NCBI GenBank assembly: GCA_973895155.1
Contig: OZ316892.1
Coordinates: 13,022,238-13,086,237 of the forward strand
DNA: 64,000 nt
Reading direction: 5' to 3'
Origin: Marsupella aquatica
Lineage: Eukaryota > Plantae > Marchantiophyta
Shown here: in pieces, positions 1-12,800 of the stretch
Layout of the letters: each line of letters begins with the position of its first letter
How positions within the stretch are numbered: the first letter of the stretch is position 1
The notes under the pieces: model-generated
What the model was told of the DNA's origin: nothing
Database searches by the model: none
What the model saw: only the letters and a program-made list of their open reading frames with translations
Made by a program: the position numbers and the translations under genes

Positions 1-11
1 ACTTTCTCCCC

Positions 12-3000
12 TTGACCATCGAGGAGGAGAACTATCTCTCCTGGACACTAGACGTCAAAGCTAACCTAATAGCTAAAGACATATACGAAACGATCATAAC
101 CGATCAGGGCACAACAACCCAACAGAAGGCGAGAGCCTTGGTGTTCATAAGACACCACCTCGTAGAACCACTAAAGCTACAATACCTTAACGAGGAAAAT
201 CCCCAAAACCTTTGGGATTAACTCAAGGAAAGATATGACCACATTAAGACCATACACCTGCCTAGAGCCCGCCACGACTGGGCTAACCTTCGCGTCCAAG
301 ACCATACATCTATAGTTAACTATAACAATGAGCTATTCCGCATCACATCCCAGTTGGCCCTGTGCGGCCAACCAGTCACCGACGAAGAACAAATAGAAAA
401 GACAGTATCAACCTTCCACTTAGGGAACATCATACTCTCGGCACAATATAGAAACATGAAGTTCACAAAATACTCTAAACTTATAGCTCACATGTTACTA
501 GCCGAGAGGCATCAGGAGTTACTATTGAAGAACTCCAAGATGCGACCCCCGGGAACCGTGCCAACACCCTCAACCACCAAGACAAACTTTGGAATGCCTT
601 CCAGTAGCAGAGGAGGCCAACGGGGCGGGTTCAGCCGCAACGGTAGACGACAGTTCAGAGGCGGAAGATCAACCTACCTTAGGGGGAGGGGCAAAGGCCA
701 CGGAGCTGAAGAAAGCCGCGGATGAGGAAGATCAAGCTTCAACTACACCCGTGGAGGATCGGAAAGACCAGGAAGACCAGCCCAACGGAGTAGTTCATCC
801 CAAAAATACTCAGGAAGACCCATCGTGGAGTGCTTCCAATGCGGCACCAAGGGCCACCCACAGAAATTGTGCCGCACACCGGCACATCTAGCAGAATTAT
901 ACCAGCAGAGTAGAAATAATAGAACTCAGGAGGTACATCATGGCACTTTTCTAGAGCAAGACAAACACCTAGAAAACTACACCCATGACGGGACTATCCC
1001 TGAGACACATATGATTACACATTAGCAAGATCCCTTACCTTTAGACAACATTAGATAGCGGCACGGCCCACACTACATTAAAGTGCAGGGACTATTTCAC
1101 TCACGTTACTCCCTCCCACAAAAACATGACTACTATCATGGGGAGTAACCAAATAGAAGAAGGTAACGAACCCGTCACAATCACGTTACCTCAGGGCACT
1201 ACTATCTATATTAACTCCGCTATATACGCATCTAATGCCACGAGAAACTTGATTAGTTTCAAGGACATTAGAGATAATGGATTCCATATCCACACTAGCA
1301 CAGATAAAAACCATGAAGTAATTCATATCTTAAATAATACTTCCGATGGAAAGCAAATAAAAGAAACACTTTTTGCGTATCCGTTGGGTTTCTATGTCAC
1401 ACAATTGAATGTTTTTCATTCCACTACGCATGAGATGTCACTATATGACCTTTGGCATACCAGGCTTGACCACCCTGGCATGACCATGTTTCAAAAGATG
1501 AAAAGAGTAACCCAAGGAATACCACAAAACGCACGCCCAACGAACCATAATCAGTCCTGCATGGCATGTTCTCAAGGAAAGTTAATCGTTAGACCCTCTA
1601 TCCCCAAGACAATCCACGAAATGCCCAGATTCTTGGAACGAGTGCATGCATATGTACGTGGCCCTATTGAACCACCAAGCGGACCATCTCAATTTTTCCT
1701 AGTCATTATTGCCGCATCCTCAAAATGGTCGCAAGTTTTGTTGCTTTCCACGTGAAACATGGTTTTTCCACAACTTTTAGCACACGTCCTTAAGCTAAAA
1801 GCTCAATTCCCTGAAAACCCTATCAAGACAATTAGGGTTGATAATGCAGGTGAATTCACTTCGAAAACATTCGAAGACTTCTGCATGGCTACAGGGATAG
1901 ACACTCAATACCCTGTACCTCACGTCCATTTCCAAAATGACATCGCTGAATCTGTCATTAAGAGAATACAGATGATAGCAAGACCCATGCTTATACAGAC
2001 ACAGTTACCCACAAGTGCTTGGGGTCACGCTATACTACATGCAACAGCTTTACTTAAATATCGCCCATCGGCATATAACGACCAAACTCCACACCACCTA
2101 GCCTTTGGAGTAGATCCTGACTTATCACATGTCAGAACTTTTGGCTGCCAAGTACTAGTCCCTATAATGGGACCCAAACGTACTAAAATGGGACCTCAAA
2201 GACAAAGGCATATATGTTGGTTTTGAGTCACCATCCATAATTAGGTACTTAGAACCATCAACTGTCGATGTCTTTCAAGCGAGGTTCCCTCACTACCATT
2301 TTTATGAGAATGTTTTCCCCAAACTATTCAAAGGGAAACCACAATTTGAACGACCTTGTAACCTAAAATTATGATGGCGGACTCAGTCCACTATTTGGAA
2401 CGATCCACGCACACGACAATGCGAAGAAGAAATCCGTAGGATATTACAACTAACAAAGACGGTGGAGAAAACGCCAGACACATTCACAGATATTCGCAGG
2501 TGATGAGATCACATATCCCTGTTGCAAATGCTCTTGCACGTCTACAAGAATCCACACAACTGACCACGGACTAACCACCAAGAGCAAAACATGGACGTCC
2601 TTTGGGATCTAAAGATACTCAACCAAGACAAAGAAAACAACAACAACAATATCACCTGTGATACCAGAAGTGGTATCCACACCAAGTCCTGGGGAAATCC
2701 CAGAAAATGAAAAAATCTCAATTCACTACATGAATACTGGGACCATATGGAATAGAAATAATATCCCCATGGACGACAACTTTGCTTACCACATTTCCCA
2801 AAATATCACAAATACACAACCTGACCCTAAAACAATCAATGAGGCACAGAAAAGCCTGAATTGGTCAGAATGGGAAAAGGCAATTAACTCAGAATTGGAT
2901 TTACTAATTAAACGCCAACTGTTTGGACCTATTGTCCCAGCACCACAAGATACCCACTCAGCGGATTATAAGTGACATTCGTGAAAAAGAGAAACACACA

Positions 3001-4464
3001 AGGCCAAGTTGCAAGATATAAAGCACGCATTGTCATGAAAGAATACACACAAATACCTGGGCCTGACTTTGACTTGACATATGCACCAGTGATGGATGCA
3101 ATGACCTATCGATACCTAGTTGGATTTTCCCTAGGTCATCGACTAAAAATGCATCAAATGGATGTTGTAACAACATATTTATATGGATTATTGGATACTA
3201 CGATATACATGAAAGCACCCCAGAACTAATAAAGAGACAAACATACCATATTCAGGGGGATCATAAGACAAAGCAAAACCCATCCACATCCACATCTCTA
3301 CCTTATACCACAAAAAGACCCCAGGAAGGGAAAACGGGGCAAGGTGGACCTATAGTCCATCAAACACCATGGAGTGAACCTATTGTCCTTCCTAAGAGCG
3401 GACCTATTGTTCCTCCAATACATAAATCCATGCCTCTGGCCAATGATGGATATGGTGTCCAGATCATTAGATCTTTATATGGACTCAAGCAAAGCGAAAG
3501 AATATGGTATCAGAGATTTAGAGATGAAATGCTGAATATGGGTTTTACTAATGACAATATTGCTCCTTGTTTATTCATTAAAAAACATGATGAGGAATTT
3601 TTAATAATTGCCATCTATGTAGATGATATTAAACTATTTGGACACCTAAACTTATTACAACACACCATTGAAATACTAAATCGTGTATTTGAGATGAAAG
3701 ACTTAGGCCAAACCCACTACTGTTTGGGCCTACAGTTCGAACACCTACCTGATGGTATACTTTTACACCAAAGCACTTACACTACAAAAATCCTCAAACA
3801 ATTCAACATGGACAAGGCACATCCTCTAACTTCTCCTATGGAAGTACGATCTCTAGACAGAGACAAGGATGCATTCAGGAAGAGAAACAAAAACGAACCA
3901 CTACTCGGTCCTGAAAAACCATACATATCAGCAATAGGAGCACTCATGTTTCTAGCCAACCAGACACGACCAGACATTTCCTTTGCAGTAAACCTACTAG
4001 CCAGACATGTATAGTGCACAACCCACCATACGCCACTGGAATGGCATAAAAAGAATAATGCGTTACCTTCAAGGAACTATTGATATGGGACTATATTTCC
4101 CTAATAACACTAATAAGACCTTAACAGGCTACGCGGACGCTGGATATTTATCAGACCCAGTCGACGCTAAATCACAGACTGGTTATGTATTTCTATATGG
4201 TACTACAACCATTTCTTGGAAAAACACTAAACAAACACTAACATTCACTTCATCTAACCACGCCGAGATTATTGCATTATACGAAGCCAGCAGAGAGTGT
4301 ATTTGGCTAAGAAGAGTAACCGACCATATTAATACAAATTGCGGCTTACCAGCACTAACCGAACCTACCAGCACTAACCAAACCTTTTGAGCAGGTCTCG
4401 AAAGGATTCATCAAAGGAGACCGCATCAAGCATATCGCACCAAAATTCTTCTTCACCCACGAAC
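12..4464 (+). pseudogene. copia gag-pol polyprotein pseudogene (many stops and frameshifts)
   Basis: ORF fragments 12-221, 354-725, 825-1025, 1126-1755, 1759-2226, 2658-3229, 3430-4014 and 4007-4390 are collinear pieces of one polyprotein. Confidence 0.93.
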
Positions 4465-4520
4465 GGGCCCGACCTCTGTGACAGGAAATAGGAAACAGTA
4501 ATGATCATAACAGGAAAAAG
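4465..4520 (+). repeat. Left degenerate TIR with ACAGGAAA/ACAGTAA subrepeats
   Basis: Matches the reverse complement of 16040-16098 from about position 10 (CTC..TGACAGGAAA..CATAACAG.AAAA). Confidence 0.8.
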
Positions 4521-4744
4521 AGTGGAACAAAATAGGAGAATTGGTACTATCATCCACAAAACACGGCACAATTCTCTACAAAACCAATGAGGTCAATTTC
4601 AACATGAAGTCCAATATGATGGGAAAAACAACAATTGTCGGACGACACGTTTACTAGCGCCAAGCACTACCCAAACGTTTGTTACCGTTACAAAACATCA
4701 TTGACTAAATACCCGTTCAACGTCTACTAGAATGGTCAGAATTC

Positions 4745-7700
4745 CTAAAAACCATGTGTATTCTTCATTCCTAAGATGTACTGGAGTTCACCAATAGTAA
4801 GAATTGGTTGGCTTGGTAATACCGAATCCAATGGATCCAGCTTAAAGACCATTTTGTAAACCCAGTACAAATGCTTACAAGGCATGAAAGGTCTTCCTCG
4901 AGAATGCCGGCGAAAGAAATCCTCACAAGAGCAGCATGGGAATATGAAAATCTACACCCAGTAAGTGTTTGCCATCCTCAAATGAGCGTGTGTTTGGATG
5001 CGGAATCGTTTCCCATAAGAGTTCCCTGAGGAGACGTCCAATTCTGTGATGAGAGTCATCGTTTCCTTAGCAGCAGATTCAACCCTTCTATGATATTCCT
5101 GAGTAAGATTTGATCTGGGGTTCATTGGGGGGCCGTTCCTAGTTTGAGAATGGATGTTGATTTGTGCCATATTGATCTTCTCAGGAAAAACATCAACATT
5201 GATTCTCAAATCAAAAGGAGTAGGGCTGGAGGCCATGCTTTGGTCTCGTGAGAGGATTACAACACCCTGTTCTTCAAGGAAACTTATCTCCAAGTTTGAC
5301 AGATTTGTTCCTTTCAGTATCGGCAAGGACATTGGATAAGGAGGCAGGTTTGCTATACCTCGACGTGGGTGACTCTTCCAACAATTTCCGTTGGGGCAAA
5401 ACCACACAAACTTTGCATGAGGTTCTCCTCTGAATAGGCGCTCGGGGGGGGTCACTTCCACGGAAGTGACACATCACGTGCGACGAAGTATAGGCCCATT
5501 TAAATGGGTGTGGCGGAAGACTTCCAAAGTTTGGTGGAAGAACACATAGGGCATGTTTTATTGATTGGTCGACTTTAAAGAACACATGGGCCTATTTAAT
5601 TGCAAAAAATACTTTCTATAAAGTTTTTAGGGGTTTTTTAATAGAAAATGACAAAATTTTAAGAAAGAAAGGGCTTTGCAAAAAAAAAAATTTCACTTTA
5701 AAGTTAGGGGGGTCAAACCCTAAAACGTTGCACGCGATGTATGACCCTCCATATAGTGACCCCCCCGAGAATAGGCGATGTCCTTTGACAACAACTCCGA
5801 TGACACCAGCATTGGAAGGATATCCAACCTTCTTAATCCGATTTCAACACTCATCACGATCGCATCTCCCTGACAATGTCCCGTTACACTGTGGGCCGGG
5901 CCCAAGTCTTGAAATTCGACGAAGATGCCAAGAACCGGGATCAACGTCCATCTCCAAAAGCGACATGTCAGGGACGACTGGATTTTGGTTAAAAGAGACT
6001 TATGGTAATATTGAAGATGCTCCACCTCGACCAGAAGGAGGTGCATCCTGCATGTCACCCGGGTCTTCTTCACTCCCAGTCAAATCGATCGGTGTTTCAG
6101 GAGTACTAAGTGGAATATGAGAAAACTGAGTAGAGTTCAGATTTCTGCGTTTCAAACCCCGTGTATTTGGTGTTGTTATCAAAATTGTGTCATGACGATG
6201 GGAGTCTTGGGCCGAGACATTCCCTGTCGTTGGACCTTTTCTTTTGATAGATTTGGTTACAAAATCACCGTTCAATGGAGAACTCCTCTCCAAATCGAAT
6301 TCCGCCGCATTAGCTAGTAGAAAATTAGAAGCCTCTTCGAACAATCGAGGGGACCCAGCCTGATTTGCAGAACGGAAAGCTAGTTCAAAAACCGTAGGAC
6401 TTGTACCTCTATGTAACCCATCACGGTAGGCAATATAGGCGGCAATTTGGGAGATTGCTCGATTGTGCTCAGTTTTGCACCCCTCAAATAAACCTACAGT
6501 TTTCTTCCCTTGCCAAGCTTTCATGATACCATGAATTGCCTCAGATCCTGTGCAATTGGGAATCATCCCTCCTTCTTGTGCACTTTTGCTCTGCAGGACG
6601 GCGTGGGTTGGTCAAATCTCGAATATTACTTTGGAAGACGTGATGATATTATCCATCAATACTTACAAATTAAAAGTAGCGCCGGGCGCTGTCAAAAAGG
6701 ATAAGAGAATTAAGCAAAATAGAGTCTTAATAGTAGCGCTCGGCGCTAGTTTAGAAGTATATGAGATATTGAAAAATGAAAAGGCCATGTCAATGTCATA
6801 CTCACAAGTCTGATAAAATTTCCCCACTGTCGCCATCTTACAACCCACCAAGAGATCCATCCTTGCAGCATCCAAAGCTTTCCAGGAACGCAATTTCCGG
6901 ATCTCCACCATAAATCAATCTCTCTAGAGATTCTATAGGCTTCAACAAAAGTTGATGCATTTCTGAGCTTATCCCAGAGGGTTCGATGCTCTGCACGTTT
7001 GTCTTCCAACACTCCTTCGATGGAATGGCGATGCAAAGATTGGTAAAAATGAAAAGCGTCTGATCTCTCCTTCTCTAGATTTGGATGGCCCCCAAAGAAA
7101 ATTTCTCACCGCAAGCCATCCCGCATGAGCATTGTCAACCATGAATCCGTGAATTTGAACATCATGTAACCCATTTTATGAAGCGACCTCAATCATCAAT
7201 CTCCAAGCTTTCTCAAGAGATTCAGTGTCCTCCGCTTTCAGCTCGCACGTAAATATTGTACATAACGCTTGATAGTTGTGGTCATAGACATGGGCACTGA
7301 AAGTGCTCCATTCTTTAGACATTCGATGCATGACATCAAAACTCACCCATGCTCCTTCAAGTGGCCCACCTTTTTTCATTTGTCGAAGTAGATCGACTCC
7401 AGATCCATGACCTTTGATTGTCATTTTGAAAATATGAGCACGGTCCTCCTTACAGCCTTGCCTTTGAACAAATGGAAACCTCACATTCTTCTGCATTCGA
7501 ACCAGATATTTAAGATCTCCACGACCAGCCTGATCTTTCCGGACGCTCTTAAACAAGGCAGAGAATTTCTGTGGAGTGGAAACAAGCATAAGTGACTGCC
7601 AAATCTCAGTCTCTTCCATCTTCGAAATGTCATGAACAGATTCATCTAGTGCATCCTTCAAAGTTCCAGTGACTGCATTTTTTACAACACAAGGCGCGAA

Positions 7701-8843
7701 AGAAGGATTCTTCAAGTGCTCTTTTCGAATCTCCTCGACCGCTATTTTCTCTGAACTTCTAGACCAAATCTTTTGACATGGATGATTATGTACACCCATG
7801 TGGATTGCGAGGCTTGACATATGTTGCACTGTCACCGAATCAAGCATGACTTGCGGGTACATGTAGAACATTTTTGCATGGCAAGAGTCCAGACAAAATG
7901 GGAGCTGCAGACAATAACGACAAACAATCCCTCCTACATCAATCAACTTTCCTGGACAATGTTGACCTCCTAACTTAGGGGTCCCTTCCCAAGATGAACA
8001 ATTCCTACCATTGGTTATGATATAAAACTCGCATGAATTGTTCCGACATTCTAGTGACCCGCTACAACTAACCTTCCCAAACTCCCACATCTTCTTAGGT
8101 AAGACATTGGCTGAAGTGGGGAAAATTCTAGTCCATAGATAGCAATCCTTTGACCGGTCCATGTTAAGGAGACGCTTTCCTTTTGAACCAACACAATCAA
8201 CAGGTGGAAGCTCAAATATGACATTGCCATTATAACTTCTGGAAAGCAATTCCACTTGCTCGTGCATGAAAACCTCCGATTTAACAAAGCGAGAAATCTC
8301 ACTTTGTCCAGATGATTTCAAAAGTGCATCTAACGCGCTTCGCCTATAGACGATAGTAACAGGCGGAGCTAAAAGAAGTGTATCAGATCCACTAATTGTT
8401 TTGTTCAATCCTGGAAAAACAAGAGGAACCCGTTCCTTTGATGAGCTCCCCTGATGTATTGGAACTGATTCTTCTCTCTTAATGTTTCCAACATTCATCA
8501 AAAAAGGAGATCCAAGGAATGAGTCGTCGCCTTCAGATGTGAGATTGATGACTTCCCTCGGTGCAATTACCTTCTCTAATTTAACACGAACATCATCTTT
8601 TCCTTTGAGGTATAGAGAGTAATCAACACCAATATGCAACTCCCAAAATTTCTCTCCTTGACTGTAATGGAAATGAGCTGTACAACCAGCAAATGTTCCT
8701 AAATTATCAATATCTTTCCTTCGCACATCAAATCTTGCGAAAAGATAATTCTCACTAACGCATTGAGTACCTGGTTGATTGGTCACAGGTACGGTAATCA
8801 CCTCACCTATCGCCGGACAACTTACTCTAATTACATGCTGCAT
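4745..8843 (-). pseudogene. MULE-like transposase pseudogene: GCM/WRKY-like Zn domain, DDE core, Cys-rich region, SWIM finger
   Basis: N-terminal CSGSLEC..C..CRYC..HMGVHNHP. Putative catalytic residues in FDVMHR, FMVDNA (~7140) and NCTGSEAIH, with a CxxH-equivalent SDAFH. GT-AG intron 6805-6591 joins NFIRL|SKSAQ in frame. C-terminal CSCEDF..PCKHLYWV SWIM at ~4860-4935. Stops at 7176, 6000 and 4952, frameshifts, and a MITE insertion. Confidence 0.82.
5441..5769. mobile_element. 329-bp MITE inserted in the transposase exon
   Basis: TIR CTCGGGGGGG(G)TCACT...AGTGACCCCCCCGAG and 8-bp TSD AATAGGCG (5433-5440, 5770-5777). Excision restores GVVVKGHRLF|RGEPHAKFVWFCP. Confidence 0.92.
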
Positions 8844-9881
8844 TGCGGAATATCATCGACCACAATGGTAAAATGAGAGTGTCGTGATAGTTTTAGTTTC
8901 TTATTTCACCGCTTCTAAGAAACTTCAACAAAGAAACCACCATATGACAATTTGAATTCCAATTTCATTACCGTTGATGCAACGGAAAAGTGACCAAAGA
9001 ATGGCGGCGGATGACCATTGGAAGCAAAATGTTTCCATTAGTTTAACGGCATCTTCAGCAATGGATATTAGTAGCGCCAAGCGCTAGCAAAAATTTCTTT
9101 TTTCATGCCACACAATAGGTGGAGATGAACGCAAAAATACGACAAGATGAGAGATATATTTACCCACAACATTGATAGCACTTGGCGCTATTATTAATAA
9201 TACATATTCATGTGTCCAAAAAGTGAAGAACTTTACGACCATTGTTGTATTTAGGGAATGAAATGGCATTTCAGAAATGATTTAATAATAGCATCGGGCG
9301 CTATTATGTTCTGGGCTTATTTTTATGGTAAGGGACCTTAATATCTCCCAGCGTGATTATGGAAATGTATGAAACTTAATGGTGATTTAGGTGTAATTTC
9401 TATAATAGCGTCGGGCGCTATTATACAGACTTGTCCGCTGTTGTGACCCAACGGATATTTATAACGATAACTTCATATCTTAGTGACTGTTTTATCCCTA
9501 AAGTGGCAAAGATTTAGAGACATCATTTAGATAATTTTGGTTCTGTTAATCATGACCGTTTAGAACATGTGACATGTGTCTCTTTCTTGTTGGTGTTGTC
9601 GCTCTTTTTGCTGTTTCTTTTCAGATCATGAAAAGTAAATATTTAAGTTGATCGACAATCTTTGATGGAAAGATTGTCGATCTTACATGTGAAAGGCCAA
9701 TTCAATATGTCCGATCATGTTTTGAGATTTGCTGTCCTCTCTGTCTTCCGGGAAAGAACGTGCTCCATGTTGTCTGTTTGCGACATGGAGCTCATCTATC
9801 CGGTCGCAGGATAACGTTGCAGACCTCTACGATTGGCTGAGAACATTCCCAACCTTACCGCCTTCTACTCTTTATCTAGAG

Positions 9882-12800
9882 ATGGACAATACTTCTCCCG
9901 GTAATTTTGAGACATCCGAGACTTCATTCTTTGGTTCTGTATACACTCGGGGAGTTACACGCTCAACTGCATCGCAGTCGCTTCGACATATTGGGCAGAC
10001 AGTTCCAAAGCAGAAACAAGGAGCCATGGAGAATTTCAGCAATTTTGTGATGGAGGACGGAAGCGAAGGGGCTCTGTCGATGGGTGATGTGATCGCAAAA
10101 CATGCGATGTCGTTTGAGACTGATTTCAGAGGAGAGCCTAAGGATCCCCCCCGTATACCGCTTTGTCGCTTAGTCAACATGGAAGTTGTTCAGACTCTGT
10201 AGAAGGAGAGCGCTTCGATCGAGAAGCTCAGAGATTCATTTTGGAGTTCTGGTTACAACTCCTCCATAGGGATGTGGTTCTATGTGCAACCCGCTGATTT
10301 TGAAGGGGTTATCCAATTCTGCACACTCAAAATTCGTGAGAGTTGGGATGCTATATGGGTTTCCCAGAATGAGAAATTTGAAGCGGACTGCGAAATGGAT
10401 CCCGATTTTCTTGTCTTCAAAGACAAGATGTTTTGTGTATTTGACGGGAATCATTGTCTCTATTCCTGGTTACAGATCACGGACGAAAACCCCAAAAATA
10501 TCAAGTACCATCCTCGTGTGCTTTGCACTGTATTCAAGGGAGATCGAGGCTCTCTCATCGAGATTGAGGCTGCAATGCACACAGTCAATCAGTAAGTTCC
10601 ATCATTTTCTTTCATTGAATGTCAAAAAGAATGAATATTTTTTTCAATGTTTGGCTAGCGCCTGGCGCTGATGATTTCCGTTTGGTTTCAGATTGGGACA
10701 AGCCGTGGTAGAACCGTCATGGATCTTGGATGCAGATCAAATCAATCAAATTCTGTCCCATGACCTTGATTATTATAAGGCAATCATTGACACAGGAAGC
10801 TTCAAACGATTCAAGGCGATTCAAGCGAAGACAAGGAAAGGCTCTTGGTATACCAAGAAGATGCCTTTGGAGGCTCTTGTTTACATCTTGTGTGAGAACA
10901 AGATCAAGTCATATTCTCTCCAGTTCAAAATGGACATGGCAACTGCAAACTCTCAAGGAAGGCCATGGTCAAAGGAGGAGGTCGCTAAGCGTCACGCAGC
11001 GATGATGAAGGAGGCCACAAAGGAATGGAGCGTGAAGACCTCAAAGATTACTCCTCTCCTAAGTCCTGAATTCAATAATTTTCTGTCAACTTGTGCAGAA
11101 ATGTACACTCTGACAGAAAAGAACAAGCGGGAATGGAAAGCAGAGTCCGTTGTTTGTACAATGGATCGTGCTCGACTCTTCATTGCTTTCTCCGCTTTGG
11201 ATCCGAAGTTGCGTTCTACTCTTCTTGTGGCACATTGCACACCTGAACTTCGAAAACAATTTTTCCATCCACCTAGTGTGAATGACGAACCTGTGAAGCA
11301 ATGGTGTCATACATGGCACATGTGGAGTTGGATAGAAGGAATTGCAATAGGGATGTTGCAGACTGCTCTCAGGGAGATAAGTAATCTGATCAGTTATCAG
11401 TCACTTTCATCAGTGTACCTGATATCAGCTGCCACCTCATCTTAGAGAGGCCGCCAAGTTGCGATGCGAGAGGAAAAAATGAAGAACAAAAAATCTTGAA
11501 TTTTTCTTCAAAATTTGAAGGAAAACCTCTCTTTTTTTCAAATTTTTTTTCGCCATGAGACATCCCTACCGTACGGACACCTATCTCGGCGAGCCCAGCC
11601 GAGATGGGAAAAAAAAAAATTCAAATTTTTTTGGGGGAAAATTTTTGGTTTTTTTTTTCCCACATTTTTTTGGATCCGTACGCCCCATCTCGGCGAGGCC
11701 AGCTGAGATGGGGAAAAAATCTTCAAATTTTTTTTTTTTCAGAATTTTTTTGGATTTTTTTTCGGTCCGTACGCCCATCTTGGCGAGGTCAGCCAAGATT
11801 GAATCAACCTCGGCTGCCCAACTAAGATGAGCGGAAGTTCGAAGGCCCCATCTCAACTCCTCAACTGAGATTCTAAAATTTTTGAGATAACTGATGATGT
11901 TGTGTACCCCCTCTCAGGCAAGTTGAATCAATCATGCCTCCCGAACGACTCGTGACAAGAGGAGTAGATACTTTTGATGGTTTGGTCCAGAGCATTTGTA
12001 ATGATTTCAGAATTTACGGAGATATTGTGAAGGCCAAGTTCTTCAACACAATGTGGGCTTCAAAGTATGGGGAGAAAGAAGATTTCACTACACGAAACCA
12101 GAAGCGGGCAAAGAGATATGTTTATCGGTTCTTCATGTCCATGGAGAGCGTTTTGCCTGAATACTTCTGGGCTTACCCTCCTGCATTCCAGAAGTGGTCT
12201 GTCATGGATGGGGATGCATTCAGCGAGGTTTACAGTATGTATCCGACAGATGGAACCAACCCTCCGCGTGACCTTTCTGAGTGGGAGAGAGAAAACTGTC
12301 CATGGTACCTCGATACTGATAAGTGGGATACACCTTTTGATGAATTTGAGAAAGACTCCTTTCTGAAATTGTCCAAATCTCTAGTTCCTCGCAAATTGCT
12401 GTCAGAAATGAAGGAAGGTTTAGTGGGAGATGTTGAAGCTTCAGCGGTTGAGCTTCAAAAAATTTGCGAGACAGAGGTCACACGTGTTGACCGAAGCCGA
12501 AAGCCACGCGCGAAAGTAAAAATGGATACAGGATTGAATAGCCCGTCGACACGATCTGGAAGAAAACGTAAGATGTTCAACTTATTGTTCTTCTGGTTTT
12601 TTTCATAGTTTTGGTTAGCGCCAAGCACTACTTTGAAATGTTAGATAGATACTCATAATTCTGTTCCAATTTATGTATACATTGGATGGCTAGCGCCAGG
12701 TGCTGGTATAGTTTCCTTTATTAATTTCTATTCATACTTTTTATAGGGGGAAGAAAATCAGAGGGAGAAGAAACGCAAGATGCAAAGACGACCATCACCC

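Noticed and set aside
11515-11856. Cluster of Phe/Lys-rich short ORFs on both strands
   Set aside because: They arise from A/T tracts inside the 537-bp non-autonomous insertion.
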